A stretch of DNA of 61,806 bases, filler included, from Rhabdomonas costata (GCA_019059605.1; 25 parts of 25 records of this genome joined end to end with filler, not necessarily neighbours in it), one strand, 5' to 3'; positions 49,440-61,806 are shown, counted from the whole stretch's first letter. Program-made: numbers and translations. Notes: a model not told the origin generated them from the sequence alone.

Positions 49440-50184
49440 NNNNNNNNNNNNNNNNNNNNNNNNNNNNNNNNNNNNNNNNNNNNTTAATTAATTAANNNNN
49501 NNNNNNNNNNNNNNNNNNNNNNNNNNNNNNNNNNNNNNNGGGTGGGGGGATTCAGGCAGGCGACCCTGTCGACAGAGCCCGCCTCGCTGGTCTCGGGGGT
49601 GCCATCACTGAGCCCCAGCGAGCACGGGGTGTGTGCCCCGCCGCCACTCCCTCCGACCTCTGCCGGGACCTCAGGCGCGGTGGTGGCCGTGGGGAAGGGC
49701 GGGGGAACAGAAGAGGACACCGCAATGGGAGAGACTCCCCTGTTTTTGAATGGAATAAAGTGGCAGAAGCCGATCTGTGTTGACCACCAAGCTCTACAGA
49801 AGAAACGCAGTATTGCAATACAGATACAAATGTACTTACCGCAAACATTGGGTCAGCTTAGTGTCCAGGAAGGCGCATCCATGGAGGGATTTAGGTCATA
49901 TTGTGCCCGACTCCGTAGATAGCGACGGAAGGCAAATAAATGTTCAGCGTCAATTGAGGAATCAGCCCCTAAAGTCACATGGGAGGCTGGGAGGGGGGGC
50001 GACCTAGAATCAATTCGGGTTGATTTGTCGTAATACAATGGATGGAGAGTGATCGATAGAATTCCACCCGTTCCCAAAACCAAACAAATATAGCTCAATC
50101 ATTTGAAACGGGCTAATTTTGGTTGCGGCGGGAAGAGGTGGAAGAGAAATAGAGAGAGGGAGAGAGGGAACGGAGGGGGGATAA

Positions 50185-50676
50185 CCGGCTCTCCGAGCCA
50201 ACCAGGGCAGCGCTGCCCAACGTCTGCCTCAGCCTGTGCTGCAGGTTGCGCATTAAAGGGTTCTCTGCAGGGGCGGCCGTGAACTGGGCAAGGGTGTCGA
50301 AGTCCTGCGGGTAACACCCAACTCAGATAAATGTGAAAGCACAGGAATTATCAAACGCCAATGCCCAGCGTATGGCACAAAGCAGCAGCTTAATTTCAAG
50401 CACAGTGATGAAATCAAAGGAAGTGTAGTAGGCCCAAGAGAGTAGTAAAAGGAGAGGAAGAGGAGCAAAACACGGCGAGAAACCCAGACCTGAATCCGAG
50501 AAGAAATCTCAACCCGCTCGCCAGCCCACCCCTACACCTGTGCAGTGGCCGCCCTTCGGATCTCCTCCCCAGAGGCACATAAGCTGTTGATGGGCTGCAG
50601 CGGGGACGGGTTGGAAAGGTCCCCACAGCTCCGGGGTACCCCAGCGAGGGACATCCGTCCCGGCACCAGACAGTGT
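50185..50676 (-). CDS. Hypothetical protein, two candidate exons
   Basis: AG/GT-bounded exons at about 50676-50538 (HCLVPGRMSLAG...EEIRRAATAQ) and about 50304-50186 (DFDTLAQFTAAPAENPLMRNLQHRLRQTLG...) join in phase 0. No domain recognised. Confidence 0.4.
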
Positions 50677-52017
50677 CTACACAACACAGCCACCTTCGTT
50701 CCTGACCTTGCTTCAACGGCAAGATCGGTAACGCGCCGTGAAGACTTCAAAACTCCGAAAAGTTTCCGGGGACACAAGACGCAAAGCTATGAAAAAAAGC
50801 ACACGCACAGACCGCCCATGAAATTTTGACATAACGTGAAACAGCACACTGGGAAGGTGCTATCAGCGTACCATACCCAACCGTGGAAGCGCATGCCCAT
50901 CGCGACCTGCTAAAGTTGGGTTGTCTTTGTGCGTTGCGGTGACTTTCACCCGTTCACAACATAAAAAGTATGCATGCAGTTCGGTGAAATCCCATGTCCG
51001 TATGACTGTGGCCGGCGACCGAACACCTACCTTCTCTGGGCTATTATCCACCTCCAGTTCGCCCCACACACTTTACAATGTCTTGCCATCCCCTCCAATT
51101 CATTGGTTTGAAGATCTCCCTTTACTGCACCTTTGTATCCTCAAAAGTATTGTTCCATCTGTTAACAGTACCATTTCCAACCACTGTGCGACTCGAGTTT
51201 TGCCCCAACCTCAGATTGGACATGAAGGATTGTGTCTCCGAAGAATTGGATGTAGTATCGGAGTTCAACTGATGGCACCGGCCCAACCGCGTTCATCTCG
51301 CTTCGTGCCTCCCCCACAGCAAAGCAAGCAAAGCCAACGCTGTATCACCCACACACATACCTCGGGAAAGGATTCGGTTTGTGGTCGGGAGAAATAATGC
51401 AAAGCGAATACAAGGAAGAAACAAAGGGGCTTTGTCGCATCCTCGCATTTCTTGGAAAAGGGGGCACGAAAACGGAGAGCGGCTCCCACAGATACAACGC
51501 ATCCACGATTAGAGAAAAACACCCCAAGCGGTATGGTTCACGCAAAAGCGAAGAACCGAAACCGCACACGACTACTCTCACGGTAAGCTCTCAAAAGCAC
51601 TCCCCCCACCCACTGGATCAGCCATTATCCTTCACAATGTCGAAGGTGTATGACAGGGAAGGGCAACACGCGCCCTGATCATCGATAAACTCGATGTTCT
51701 GCAAAGGGAAGGAGAGAGCTTTTTTCAGGGGATGAAGCACTGCAGAAAAAATCTGCTTTGATGCGTATCGTTGATATGCATCTTTGTTATCTGGTGCGGA
51801 AACGTTTGAAGCACCACGTCAGAAGCAAGCTTTTTAGCCCTCTCTTTGCAGAAGATCTGCTTTCCATTTTTCGCTAGGGATGAGAGAAAACGGAGAGAGA
51901 AAAACAACACCNNNNNNNNNNNNNNNNNNNNNNNNNNNNNNNNNNNNNNNNNNNNTTAATTAATTAANNNNNNNNNNNNNNNNNNNNNNNNNNNNNNNNN
52001 NNNNNNNNNNNGGGGGT

Positions 52018-52513
52018 GTGGCAGCCCTCCTGGGAGGACGGAGGTGACTTTTTTTTTGGTGGTCCGCCGTATGGTTCAAGGCCAAGTTACGATATAGTAT
52101 GCAGCAGAACGATGACAGATGGATGTCGCAATTTCGGGTTTTATCGCTTGAAAGGCTACACAGCGTGCTTCGTCCACTACCCCATCCGGGCAGGGGAGCC
52201 TTCCCTGCAATCCCATCTCCCAAGTTTGGTGGGATAGCAACTGAAATTTAAAGGGTTTATCAGATACATAACCCCCCAAAAAAAATCTGACAGAAAGTGT
52301 ATCGCCGAACGCGCACAAAAACAGAAGTTACGGAGCTAAACCAAGCTCAGCAGCTCAGTAGCTATCGCAACCCTTATTTCCCTCTCGCTCGTCTGCCCTG
52401 ATGCACAGCTCCCCTTTTTTCGCAAAGTTGCCGTCTTTCGAGCTTGAAAGTCAACTTCGTCAGACCTTCCTCCTCCGATATAGCTTCTTCCTTCCCACCA
52501 GGAGGGCTGCCAC
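52018..52513. mobile_element. Candidate intronic MITE with 16-bp perfect terminal inverted repeats
   Basis: GTGGCAGCCCTCCTGG (52018-52033) is the reverse complement of CCAGGAGGGCTGCCAC (52498-52513), with degenerate inward extension. It begins about 15 nt inside the DSP intron. Confidence 0.45.
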
Positions 52514-52528
52514 TCCACTCACTCTCAC

Positions 52529-53809
52529 GCCTTATCGATGAACTCGTGGGCCCTTGCGAAGAACGCCGAGATGTTCACCTCGGTGAGGTCGTCCAGCTCC
52601 AGCACCAGGTGCTCAGTGGTGGGCGCCAAGGTGACCTGCGAGAAGGCAGGGGCAATAAACCAGAGAACGAAAGAGCGGACTTCGTGGCGTTCACTAAACG
52701 ACGACCTGCTCTAAGAAGTCTCTGTAAAAGCGGGTAAAGTGGCCACAGACATAGAATGGACTGAGACGACGAAGATTTCGATGGGGTGATTTCACATTTA
52801 TTTTTATTTTTTATTTTTCGTTATTGCTTGTAAACCAACCACAAAACGCCATTATGGAATGAATGATTGTGCTAACCACTTGCATATGGCATATGCAAGC
52901 CCCCTTTGCCCTCTTTGCGCAGAGAAGGGTGGGAGAGATACATCCAAGTTGCGGCCGCAGGTCAGCACATGGGTTACTCCAAGCTCCTCCAGGATGGCGG
53001 GGGTCTGAGCAGTCTTCAGTGAACCCTGTAGGGGAAAAATGATGAGGATGCACGGTGAAAACGCACACCGTTTGCGCAAAATTCGCCTCCATCGCGGCTC
53101 TCATTGCCTCTCTTCCTGTTAGTTGCCTTTTTTGACCGTCATTGCGAGAAGGCACACTAGCCGGGGGAAAAGCATGAATGCGATATGCCAGCGCGGAGAG
53201 ATGAACTTCACAACACCTTACAAGATCTCTCAAACATATGAAGCATACGTTCACACGTTCATGGGATTTGCACTGCTGCCGAGCACATCTGCGGTACATA
53301 GCAGCCACCCGCACCCATGGCACGTCCAATGCAGGCCACGGGGCTCAAGCAGAACCAAGTCAGGTCCGTCACCAAATGCTCGCGCGCTTGCGGTTTTGAA
53401 GTTCCGGTCAATTTTGATCGGTTGGTTGGTTGTATGGTTATTTCATCAGCATATTGCTTACTTATTCATACGTTGTTCAGTTTAAGAGCTTTCTTGGACG
53501 CTGGAAAGATGACCAGGGACAAGTCTCTGTTGTTTCTCCGTTGTTTACCGCCGTTGCTCGCTGGCGTTCCCCTCCACAAATATGTCACTGTGAGCATCCA
53601 CGAGGATGCTCAACCATCACAACCAACACGCACGCACGCACGCTCGCACGCAAGCACACACACACGCACACACAGTCACGCGGACAGACCAGGAAGAGGT
53701 AATCCATGATGGGGTCGGGGTAGACCTTGTTCCAGCTCACCGTCAGCCCAGGCAGCGCGGGGGCGCCTTGCACGAGAGCCGGAAGATTGTCCAGGGCAAT
53801 CTCCAGCTT
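52529..53809 (-). CDS. Dual-specificity protein phosphatase, kinetoplastid-type; N-terminal part of the catalytic domain
   Basis: Exon 53809-53690 ends in WNKVYPDPIMDYLFL. Exon 53025-52942 encodes GSLKTAQTPAILEELGVTHVLTCGRNLD. Exon 52635-52529 encodes VTLAPTTEHLVLELDDLTEVNISAFFARAHEFIDKA. All are in frame; the CX5R exon is outside the contig. Confidence 0.9.
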
Positions 53810-55731
53810 CTGTTGAAAACAAGAAGTGTCGACAAGGAATTACGAAATACGAATTGCGTGCGAGGAAGGCATCTCGACGAGCATTTCATTTCGTTGACGA
53901 AATGGTTTTCCAAGAACGTTGTGTGAAAGGGTTTGTTGTTGAAGATTTTAGGACCATCAACACAAGCCAGCAACAAAAGAAAAAAGCAGATAAACAGAGT
54001 ATGAGTCACGTTGGGGACGGTATTGTGAGGAATTCGGTAGTGTGCACGTTATGATTCAATTCATCATGGAATCCAAAATATACAGCAGCAAGTTGCAAAA
54101 CTCGTGATAATATACAGGTGTCAGGTTGTCCTTTCTCGGGTGGAACCGAGAAAACGGAAGAACAGACTGACAAAACACTTCGGGCATAAAACGTGACTGA
54201 TGAATCCCAAATAACATCTGCATGTCACTTTTTTGTGGGGTTTTCCGCAAGGGCTCAAGGCAAGGCCACACAACGAGAAAGCAAAAGGGAAACGTCGACA
54301 GCAACAGAAATCGAAAAAGTATGCCAAAAAGCACAAGAACATAAAATCCCCCACCAAAAAAGTGTGAGACTACTCCCCACAAAANNNNNNNNNNNNNNNN
54401 NNNNNNNNNNNNNNNNNNNNNNNNNNNNTTAATTAATTAANNNNNNNNNNNNNNNNNNNNNNNNNNNNNNNNNNNNNNNNNNNNTTTGGGGTTTGTTTGC
54501 TCTGATCCGTTACATAGAATGTACTTCATACCATATTGTGCTTAGTATTCACCACCAAACATGGTATGAAGTACATTCTATGTAACGGATCAGAGCAAAT
54601 AAATAATGAACATTATTGCTTACTTCTGCACACATTGGTAAAAATAATGAATTTGTGATTTGTAATTTGCACAACATTCAAGCGTTCAAAATCTAGAACA
54701 AGAGTCAACAACAGCCTCCGGAATGGGAGTGAGCGTAAGTGTGGATCTGTGAGTGGATGTTGGAGTGCAGATGTGTCAGTGAACGGCATATTTCAGTGGT
54801 TTGAAACAAACGGTTTGCCGTGATTGCAATTAATCAACAGATTTTACGACCTGAAGTGGTGGTCATTGAAGAGCATATTTACAGACATGAATAGGACAGT
54901 GTGAGCAATTTCACTAAAAAGCTATATTAATCCACAAAAAGACCTTCGACAGCCGTCTTTTTGTGCCATTGTTGTCCAAAAGCAACGGCTGAATCCAATA
55001 CTGCCGATCAAATGTTGATATTTGGTACCATTCTGGACAAACTGAGTGATCAGCAGCACTCAACTATTTTCAGCCAAACGTTTGGCAAATACCTGATAAA
55101 GAAATTATAATGGTTGATTGGAGCAGAGGACATGTTTTGAAGCCTGGCCTAACGCTGTAGCTAATGATTCTGTCTGATGGCAAAAATATCCACATGAGTA
55201 ACAAAAGCAACGTTATGGAAAATAGCCAAGAGAACTGTGTGGCACAGTTTACTTTCTGATTGATGTTGTAGTTATGGAGAGTTTATTCAGGCTCCCCCAC
55301 TTAAAGTGGACTGCACGTTCGTGCCAACGGACACAGTCGTACAAAAGGACAATTACCATGCACTGCTGCCCTACTGAAAGTGGACTTTAATCTTCCTGTT
55401 GGCAAGGGGAAAGTTGCATAACAGTTAACTCGCGGTCGAACTTAACCACAATGTCAGAGATATTCTTCCTGTTTTGCAACCGCTCCGTGATGCACTGAAA
55501 CGTGTGAACAAAAGTGGTCATCAGCCTTCAGGTCATGGAGGTCCCACTGGAGACCTTTCTGCTGAAAGTTTTGATCCAAATACTGTCAAAAGCATAATGA
55601 CAGGCGTGCAATTGAAAGTAATTATCCACTGCTTGCTTCTGGTGATCCTGGGCATATGAGACATTAAAAGGGAAAACTCCTGCTTTAGCTCGATCTGTTT
55701 TTTGTGTTGAAGCTCTGTATTATAAGCATTC

Positions 55732-56735
55732 TTATCCGGTGTTAACTGGCCAACGGGGTCCAGCTTTCAGCGTTTTGAATGTGATAAGACTGCTGGAATG
55801 GAAAACTGCCCGCACCTTTTTAGTTACATGGGCATGGATGTAGATCTTGAAGACGTTCTGCGTGATATGCCTCTTTATCTTGTAAGTACCAACGGCCTTC
55901 TGTTCCAAGGGTACAACGTGAACAGCTGTTTTCAATGGTGATTCCTCGGATTAATCACAATGTCATGCAATACCACAAATTGGTATTTGGACAGCTGGCT
56001 GTTGACGAACTCATCTGCCATTGCAAACTCACAGTAAAGATACATGTACACAAAGTCCACGTCGGAGCTCATCTTTGCAAGCCACTCCTTGATGATGAAC
56101 GTGTTCTCACCCCGTGGATAATCTCCTCTTCAAAGTTGGGCACATCAAAGAAAAAGCTCTGATGGTAGCAAATATTCAATAAATAAGGGACTATCTCTGT
56201 TCCACCGAGTTTGGCGTTTTTGTTGGTGATATTTACTAAATCAAGCAGGCAAATCCAGTTGGTAACGGTCATATTACTGACTTCCTTACTCTTTGCCAAC
56301 ACGCTGGTTCTGATAAACCGCTTCATTGTCTGCTTGGTACTCCACAAACCTCCATTCTCCAGAGGATATAATGGGGACGTCATTATGCTACACAGTGCCT
56401 TCTAAAAGGCACTAGTAAATTTCGTATCCATTTTTGAGATTCTGCTCAAAGGTAATCCGGTATGACGAAAAACATCGCGGAGAAACATATTTCACTTGTG
56501 GTGCTTCGATCTATTCAGAACTTGCTTCGAGAAACGGTCAGTAACAGTGAGATCCTGGTTGAAACTATGACACTGTGGCGTTGTCATTTTGGGCATACTG
56601 GTCCAATTCATGGAACTTCAATGAGACTTCCTCATGAGAATCTTCAACTAAACGTTTGGGACTAATGCCAACCTCTGAATCATCCGTGTGCAACGGAAAA
56701 GGCCTTTCCATATCCGGTTGAGCAGGTACTTGATC
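55732..56735 (-). pseudogene. Degraded Ty3/Gypsy LTR-retrotransposon pol remnant (RNase H start, integrase core, GPY/F module)
   Basis: Minus-strand fragments are PAQPDMERPFPLHTDDSEVGI (RNase H 'PF.LxTDAS'), LTVTDRFSK, FLRDVFRHTGLP...DTKFTSAF, TSPLYPLENG...QTMKRFIR...NWICLL and VGTYKIKRHI...VFKI...KVRAVFHSSSL. They are interrupted by stops, frameshifts and an internal deletion. Confidence 0.85.
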
Positions 56736-57904
56736 CTGCATGCGAGAGTGCAGTGACTCAAAATCCTGCTGCTCTCAGCCCTTCTACATCAAGTCCTTCG
56801 GATGTTCCGCAACTGTGGCCTAATCAGCGTCGAAGCTATTTTAGAAGACCCACAAACCNNNNNNNNNNNNNNNNNNNNNNNNNNNNNNNNNNNNNNNNNN
56901 NNTTAATTAATTAANNNNNNNNNNNNNNNNNNNNNNNNNNNNNNNNNNNNNNNNNNNNTGTGTTTTTCGAGGCCTGTGCTTAGCTACGGGCCTCGAAAAC
57001 GACGACAACGGCAGAAACAAGCCTGTTTTGAACTGAGTGGCTTCATGAGATGTTTACGTGCTTTCCCCTCCTTCTGCCTGCCCCTTCTAGGCTGGACCAG
57101 CAGTTCAGCTTAACGCCCCCACGGAGCGCTCCCCACTGCTCGTGTAGTTTCGCCCCAGCGGCAGCCGCTGGCGGGGGTATGAGCAGGTGAAAGGTGGAAC
57201 GGGGGGGGGGATGCTGTGAAAAGTTTCCGGGCGCTGGTATTTTGGCAGCGCTTTTTCTACTTCATCGTTGACTTCGAGTTCGCCTCATCGAGTCTTTGCT
57301 GGCTCCCGTCGAGTCCTTTCGACCTAGTTCACCTGGATACGGGGATACTCTCTGGCTGTTGTATAACATGGGGTGAGGGGGCTGTTTTCTGGTACAGGGC
57401 TGGAGAGAGTGACGCTGTTCAATTCGACAGTTATTGCCATTGTGGTTGGTGGTCGTTGTTACTATCGTTGGTGAGCATCGGGATAGAATGGGATCTCGCC
57501 ACGAGGGTTTACACGAGGATTTGCTGGGAGATTGGTATGCCACAACCCGCCATGAGAGTGGATGGGCAAGCTGCTCAGCTTTCAAGTGCGAAGCTTAGGA
57601 CCTTAGGACCTGTGCATTTGGATGGCCTGCTGCGCAGTGATTCTTACCGCAATTTTTGACCGGCCGAGGGCCGTTGACGAAAAGCAAGCCACTCGCGCCG
57701 CCGCTGCTGTTAAATCTATTTCTCCCGGTTTGGGTATTCCATCGTGTATCGTTCTTGACAATGGCTCTCTTTGACAATGCAGTGCTCTGTGTCTTTACCT
57801 CGCGTCGTCTCATTAAGTGACATAAGCCCGTGTCTCTCGCGCCCTCTTTCTGCGCCCCGTCTGTTCGCCGTGCCAGCATCATGGAGATGGGAACGACTCA
57901 TCCA

Positions 57905-58788
57905 ATGTCGTCATCCTCCAGCTCCTCTTCCAGCAGCAGCAGCTCCTCTGGCCTTGCCGACGAGCTTCCCTCGGTTTTTCTTCGGTGCGCGCTTTCCATC
58001 GGACATCTGATATGAAACTCACCTGTGAATTCCCCTGAGGAGACACTTACAAGCACCATTTCCTCCCAGCGGCTCTTGTGTTTGAGGACTTATCCGTTTT
58101 GTTCTCCAAAAAGAGGGGCGCCCACCCAGCGCAAGTCCCGATTCAGGCGCTTCTTCTTCGGGTGCGTCGAGCTGGCCTCCGCTGCTCGCCCGTCAGCCAG
58201 CGGCCAGCATTGGCAGTCCCAATCGTCCAAGCATTTCCTTTCCGTTCTCTTGTTTGCTTTTTTTTTCACCTCACCTCACCTCAACTCACCTCAGCTCACC
58301 TCAGCTCACCTCACTGAATCCTTTGCATCTAACCGGTCCGAAAGCCTCTCGAACCGTTTGGGGGTTGATAAGTGGCCCCAGAAGACAAAAGCAAGAGCCC
58401 ATATTCCGTGGCGTTTCCGTGCGTTTTGGGAGGCCTGCAGTAGATGAAAGGTCCCAAGGCCTGCTTCGGCTTCGCCCTTGATGTTCCCTTTTTCAAAACG
58501 CACCTCCCTCCCCCTCTTTCTCTCTCTCACTGAGCACCATCACCTCTTCTTGGGTTAAAAGGAGGATGTCGGATGGGCTTCTGGGGATCTTGAGGATAGT
58601 CGTGAGCAGCAAGAAGAAAAGATTTGGAAGGTTCGCTGGCTCGCAACTTGCACATATTTTCCCTTCTCCTTACAGCTTCCAGACGGTGGGCCAGCCTTCA
58701 GTGGGTGTGGAGCTCGCGGTGAGCCCTGAGGACACCGTGGAGTCGATGAAGCTGGAGGCTGCGGAGCACCTCGGGTTGATTCCCACTG
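57905..58788 (+). CDS. Protein with a poly-Ser N-terminus and a ubiquitin-like domain (N-terminal exons)
   Basis: Exons 57905-57984 (MSSSSSSSSSSSSSSGLADELPSVFLR) and 58676-58788 (FQTVGQPSVGVELAVSPEDTVESMKLEAAEHLGLIPT) are in phase and resemble ubiquitin 'LEVEPSDTIENVK...GIP'. A possible next exon starts at 59206 (ELHVLSAG). Confidence 0.7.
58266..58313 (+). repeat. (CTCAC/CTCAG)n pentanucleotide microsatellite in an intron
   Basis: tcacctcacctcacctcaactcacctcagctcacctcagctcacctcac. Confidence 0.85.
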
Positions 58789-59846
58789 GTGAGTTTTGCA
58801 TGTCTGTGTGTGTTGCCGTGAGGCCCCGGGAAAAGGCATCGAGGGAAGAGACGGTGAGATGCTACCCATTGGGAATCCAACCCATTCAAAAAGAACAGCT
58901 TCCGTCGCACGCCACTTCACTCTCTTGCTGAAGTGAGTCGGGGAGGGGAATCTGCGGTGCCGCCCAGCTTTTCCACCCTCTAACCCGTCACCGCCCGCAA
59001 AATCATTCACTAACTCCCTGTAACATCCTTTGTTCTTCACAGGAGGAGCCCAGCCCCGCACTTCCATCCCTTACCTGGGTTGTTGTCCAGCATTTCCTGT
59101 GCCCCACCGCACTGTGTGATAAAGTAAAGAGGTCCACCATGGAAACCACTCCACTGGCGTGAAGGATCGGAATGGCACCTCTAGTGATTGGCTCTTTTCT
59201 TGCAGAGCTGCATGTACTCAGTGCAGGCTTACATCCCCCTCAGTGCTCAATGGCGTCCCCTCCACCTCACTGCTACCCGTCCATTCCGCTATGTTTTCTC
59301 ACATTTTGGCAGTACTCGGACGCAGATGCGANNNNNNNNNNNNNNNNNNNNNNNNNNNNNNNNNNNNNNNNNNNNTTAATTAATTAANNNNNNNNNNNNN
59401 NNNNNNNNNNNNNNNNNNNNNNNNNNNNNNNGTGGGTTGGGCTCTGGGAAACACTGGGAAAAAGGCCTTTCACCCCCACCACTCCACCTTAGCAAGCTAC
59501 CCTGGTTAAGCGGGATGACGAACACATCATCCACATCATCCACATCATCCCCCAACTTGCGTTTACACATATGGATTGACCTTAGTCCGACAGAGAGCTG
59601 ACTTCAAATCTTCACTTTCTTTGTTGCCAACTAGTCATCTGCGCAAAGCGATGCACTCTTTCAAATTTAGCGAAAAACAGAGAAAAAAGTAAAACTTTTA
59701 AAGAAATGGGACATCTGTTCCTGCTTTCCTTCGGTGCGTAGTCTCACATGCTTCCTGATTAGATGTCAAAAGTCTCACTGCTGATGTGAAGCGGACCATA
59801 TTCCATATTAACAGCAAAGGTACAAAAAAAAGGGTGTGGGAATCAC

Positions 59847-61114
59847 GACTGAACCAGGCCTTCAGGCAGTGTTTGTGGAAGATGTGCCCACAGGAGAGCT
59901 TCTTGGCACTGTCGGTCATCTCGTCATAGCAGATGATGCACTTCGGGTCACGACGTATTTCTTCGGCGGTCGCATCAGGATATCTACACGTGAAACACAG
60001 GAATCTCCCACCTTTCCTTAAAAGGAAATTAAGCATATCACCATCTGCCTCAGAGAGAGCTTCGTCCCCCCTCCCTCCCATTTAGTATTCCTTGTTCACC
60101 TTTCGTCAAGGAAGGCCGTGAGCTTCCTGTACCTCAGGAAGTCACGCACCGCTTTGTGGAAGGATTTGACCGTGAGATACAACTCCCTCATCAGGTGCAG
60201 TGGAAACCCGTACAGCGACATTAGAATCCCGAAAAATCCCATATACAGCAGGCACTGCACAAGGTCCGTGGCAATTTCCAGGTAAAATCGGTACTTTCCT
60301 AGAAGAAACAGAGAAACCAGCACCCCAAAGTGTGCATTCACAATTTCCCTCGCACAAACTCCCAACACCCAAACAAAACCTTAAAACAATGGGAAGGAAA
60401 GGGAACGGGAAGGGAACGGGAAGGGAAGTGCACTAATTGTACTAAGATCCCATGGATGTAAAACTGACCAAGAAAAACAACTGAGGAGTAAATTCTTGAG
60501 TCACATGAAGTGCACTGAAGTGCACTGAAGTGCACTACAAAAAGAAAAGAAGGACGAGTAAAACGACAACCCTTGTTTTCCCAGCGGTGATGGCTTCGGG
60601 CATCAACCAAGTGCAACACGAACCTTGCTGTGGTAGTGGAAGACGTCACGGTCATAATGGGAAACTGAAGCGAGGGGGACACAGCATCGACAAAGGACAA
60701 GAGAGACCCACACGTACATTGTGCATTCCTGCCGAACTCGCACCTCGAGAGCCAAGAGAAGCCGCACGGAACTTCCGAAGGTAAGAAGATGAGCAATGTA
60801 CGTGGCAGACATCCACAGGTCGATGCAAAGAAGCAGAAGACAGAATAGAAAGAGTCTGGTTCCACTTGTCGCCATGTCTTGCTCCAGCTGAGAAGTGGGA
60901 AGGAGATGACCAACAACAACCTGCCGCTGAAATCAACACTTCGCAAAAATGCGCCCCATACATATTCTTCTCGACTCTGAGCAAGCCAGTGGAAAATCTT
61001 CACAAACAGGCAGATCACAAACATCGCCACAATAGTGGTGGTGATGTGCTCCCGGAAGATGGTGAGGGCGAGACACGTGGTGGCTACAAAGTAGAACGCG
61101 TTCTCGTGAAGCTT
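59847..61114 (-). CDS. HRD1: ERAD E3 ubiquitin ligase Hrd1/synoviolin (transmembrane region + RING-H2), partial
   Basis: Exons: 61114-60962 (TCLALTIFRE...LFVKIFHWLAQSREEY), 60887-60744, 60664-60571 (RWENK), 60298-60100 (GKYRFYLEIATD...GFPLHLMRELYLTVKSF...DFLRYRK) and 59983-~59847 (YPDATAEEI...CIICYDEM...AKKLSCGHIFHKHCLKAWF). All resolved introns are GT-AG. Confidence 0.95.
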
Positions 61115-61806
61115 CTATGGAAAATTACACAATTTAAAGGTATGTTCAAATTTCATGCAGATCTTAAAAAGAAGGTTTGGGTTGCTAGGTCAGCATTTCC
61201 TTCTTTTCGGTGAGGCCGACATGCGATCAACAGAAAGAAATTTAAAACTTTACAAAATTCATTCAGCAGATACACGTAGTTGTACGATCGGAATACATAG
61301 TATACTTATGTCCGCGATGTTCACCTCCTGCATTCTGACCTCAAATCAATAGGACAATCGAAAGACCCAAGAACCAGTCCAAACCTGCGAAAAGCCCCTG
61401 CTCACCTACCCCCACGACCTGGCAGTCCGTGAATGTCTTTTGAGCATGCAATAAACCGAAAAAAACTTCCTGTCAACTCCAATGCCTATCGCAACAACTG
61501 GATTCCGCCTCATTTTTCTTGTTTCCTTGTGGTTCCTTTCAGCTCGATTTACACCCACCAATCCCAATCAACCAGGAACAAACCCGCCAAACACGCTTGC
61601 GCTAGCATGAAAAAAGCTGCAAGCGTCAAAGTACGGACAGGCGTATGCGTATCAGCGGAAGTGGGGGGAGGGGAGGGGAAGAACTTTGCACCAGGCACAA
61701 TAACGAGTCGTGTCCCGTCGTCAAACAACCACCAGCCCTTGCGGTTGAAACTTGCTCCCAAAAACAAAGACTGGCCGACCACCTGGAAACCAAACTACCT
61801 CGGTCC

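Noticed and set aside
51617-51700. In-frame TGA after NIEFIDDQGACCPSLSYTFDIVKDNG as possible stop-codon reassignment
   Set aside because: TXNL4B ends normally at TGA and no conserved exon contains an internal stop. This is more likely a terminal exon or non-coding sequence.
52636-52941. DSP intron starting GTATCTCT as a possible U12-type intron
   Set aside because: It deviates from GTATCCTT, and there is no TCCTTAAC-like branch point near the acceptor.
2380-59431. Regularly spaced TTAATTAATTAA palindromes that could be read as a repeat array or CRISPR
   Set aside because: They are always centred in 44+44 N. This is an artificial six-frame-stop linker, and ORFs ending in X...LIN are artefacts.

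Overview
This window is not one locus. It is 25 unrelated contigs of about 2.37-2.38 kb, joined by 24 identical artificial 100-nt spacers (44 N + TTAATTAATTAA + 44 N). Most contigs start G/T-rich and end C/A-rich, which suggests degenerate-primer whole-genome amplification. The DNA is from an intron-rich microbial eukaryote, most likely a euglenozoan/euglenid. That call is an inference from a kinetoplastid-type dual-specificity phosphatase, an 'EFRAYLP'-type class III cyclase and unusual 5' splice sites. By hand I could splice fragments of BRR2, a complete TXNL4B/DIM2, a cullin C-terminus, an RBR E3 ligase, a secreted metallophosphoesterase, an ornithine-decarboxylase-like enzyme, a type II membrane glycosyltransferase-like protein, an IFI44-like GTPase, a GH19-type chitinase, a nucleotide cyclase, a DSP, a ubiquitin-like protein, HRD1, an IQ-motif protein and several hypothetical proteins. 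Also present are a degraded Ty3/Gypsy pol, several MITE-like elements and a 1.5-kb fold-back repeat. The most interesting signals are (1) frequent G|GCAT GC-AG introns with a pyrimidine-biased +4 donor position, (2) a minor-spliceosome-type DIM2 gene and (3) IFI44-like, GH19-like and virus-like glycosyltransferase genes carrying spliceosomal introns. All homology calls come from motif recognition by eye; no database searches were run.
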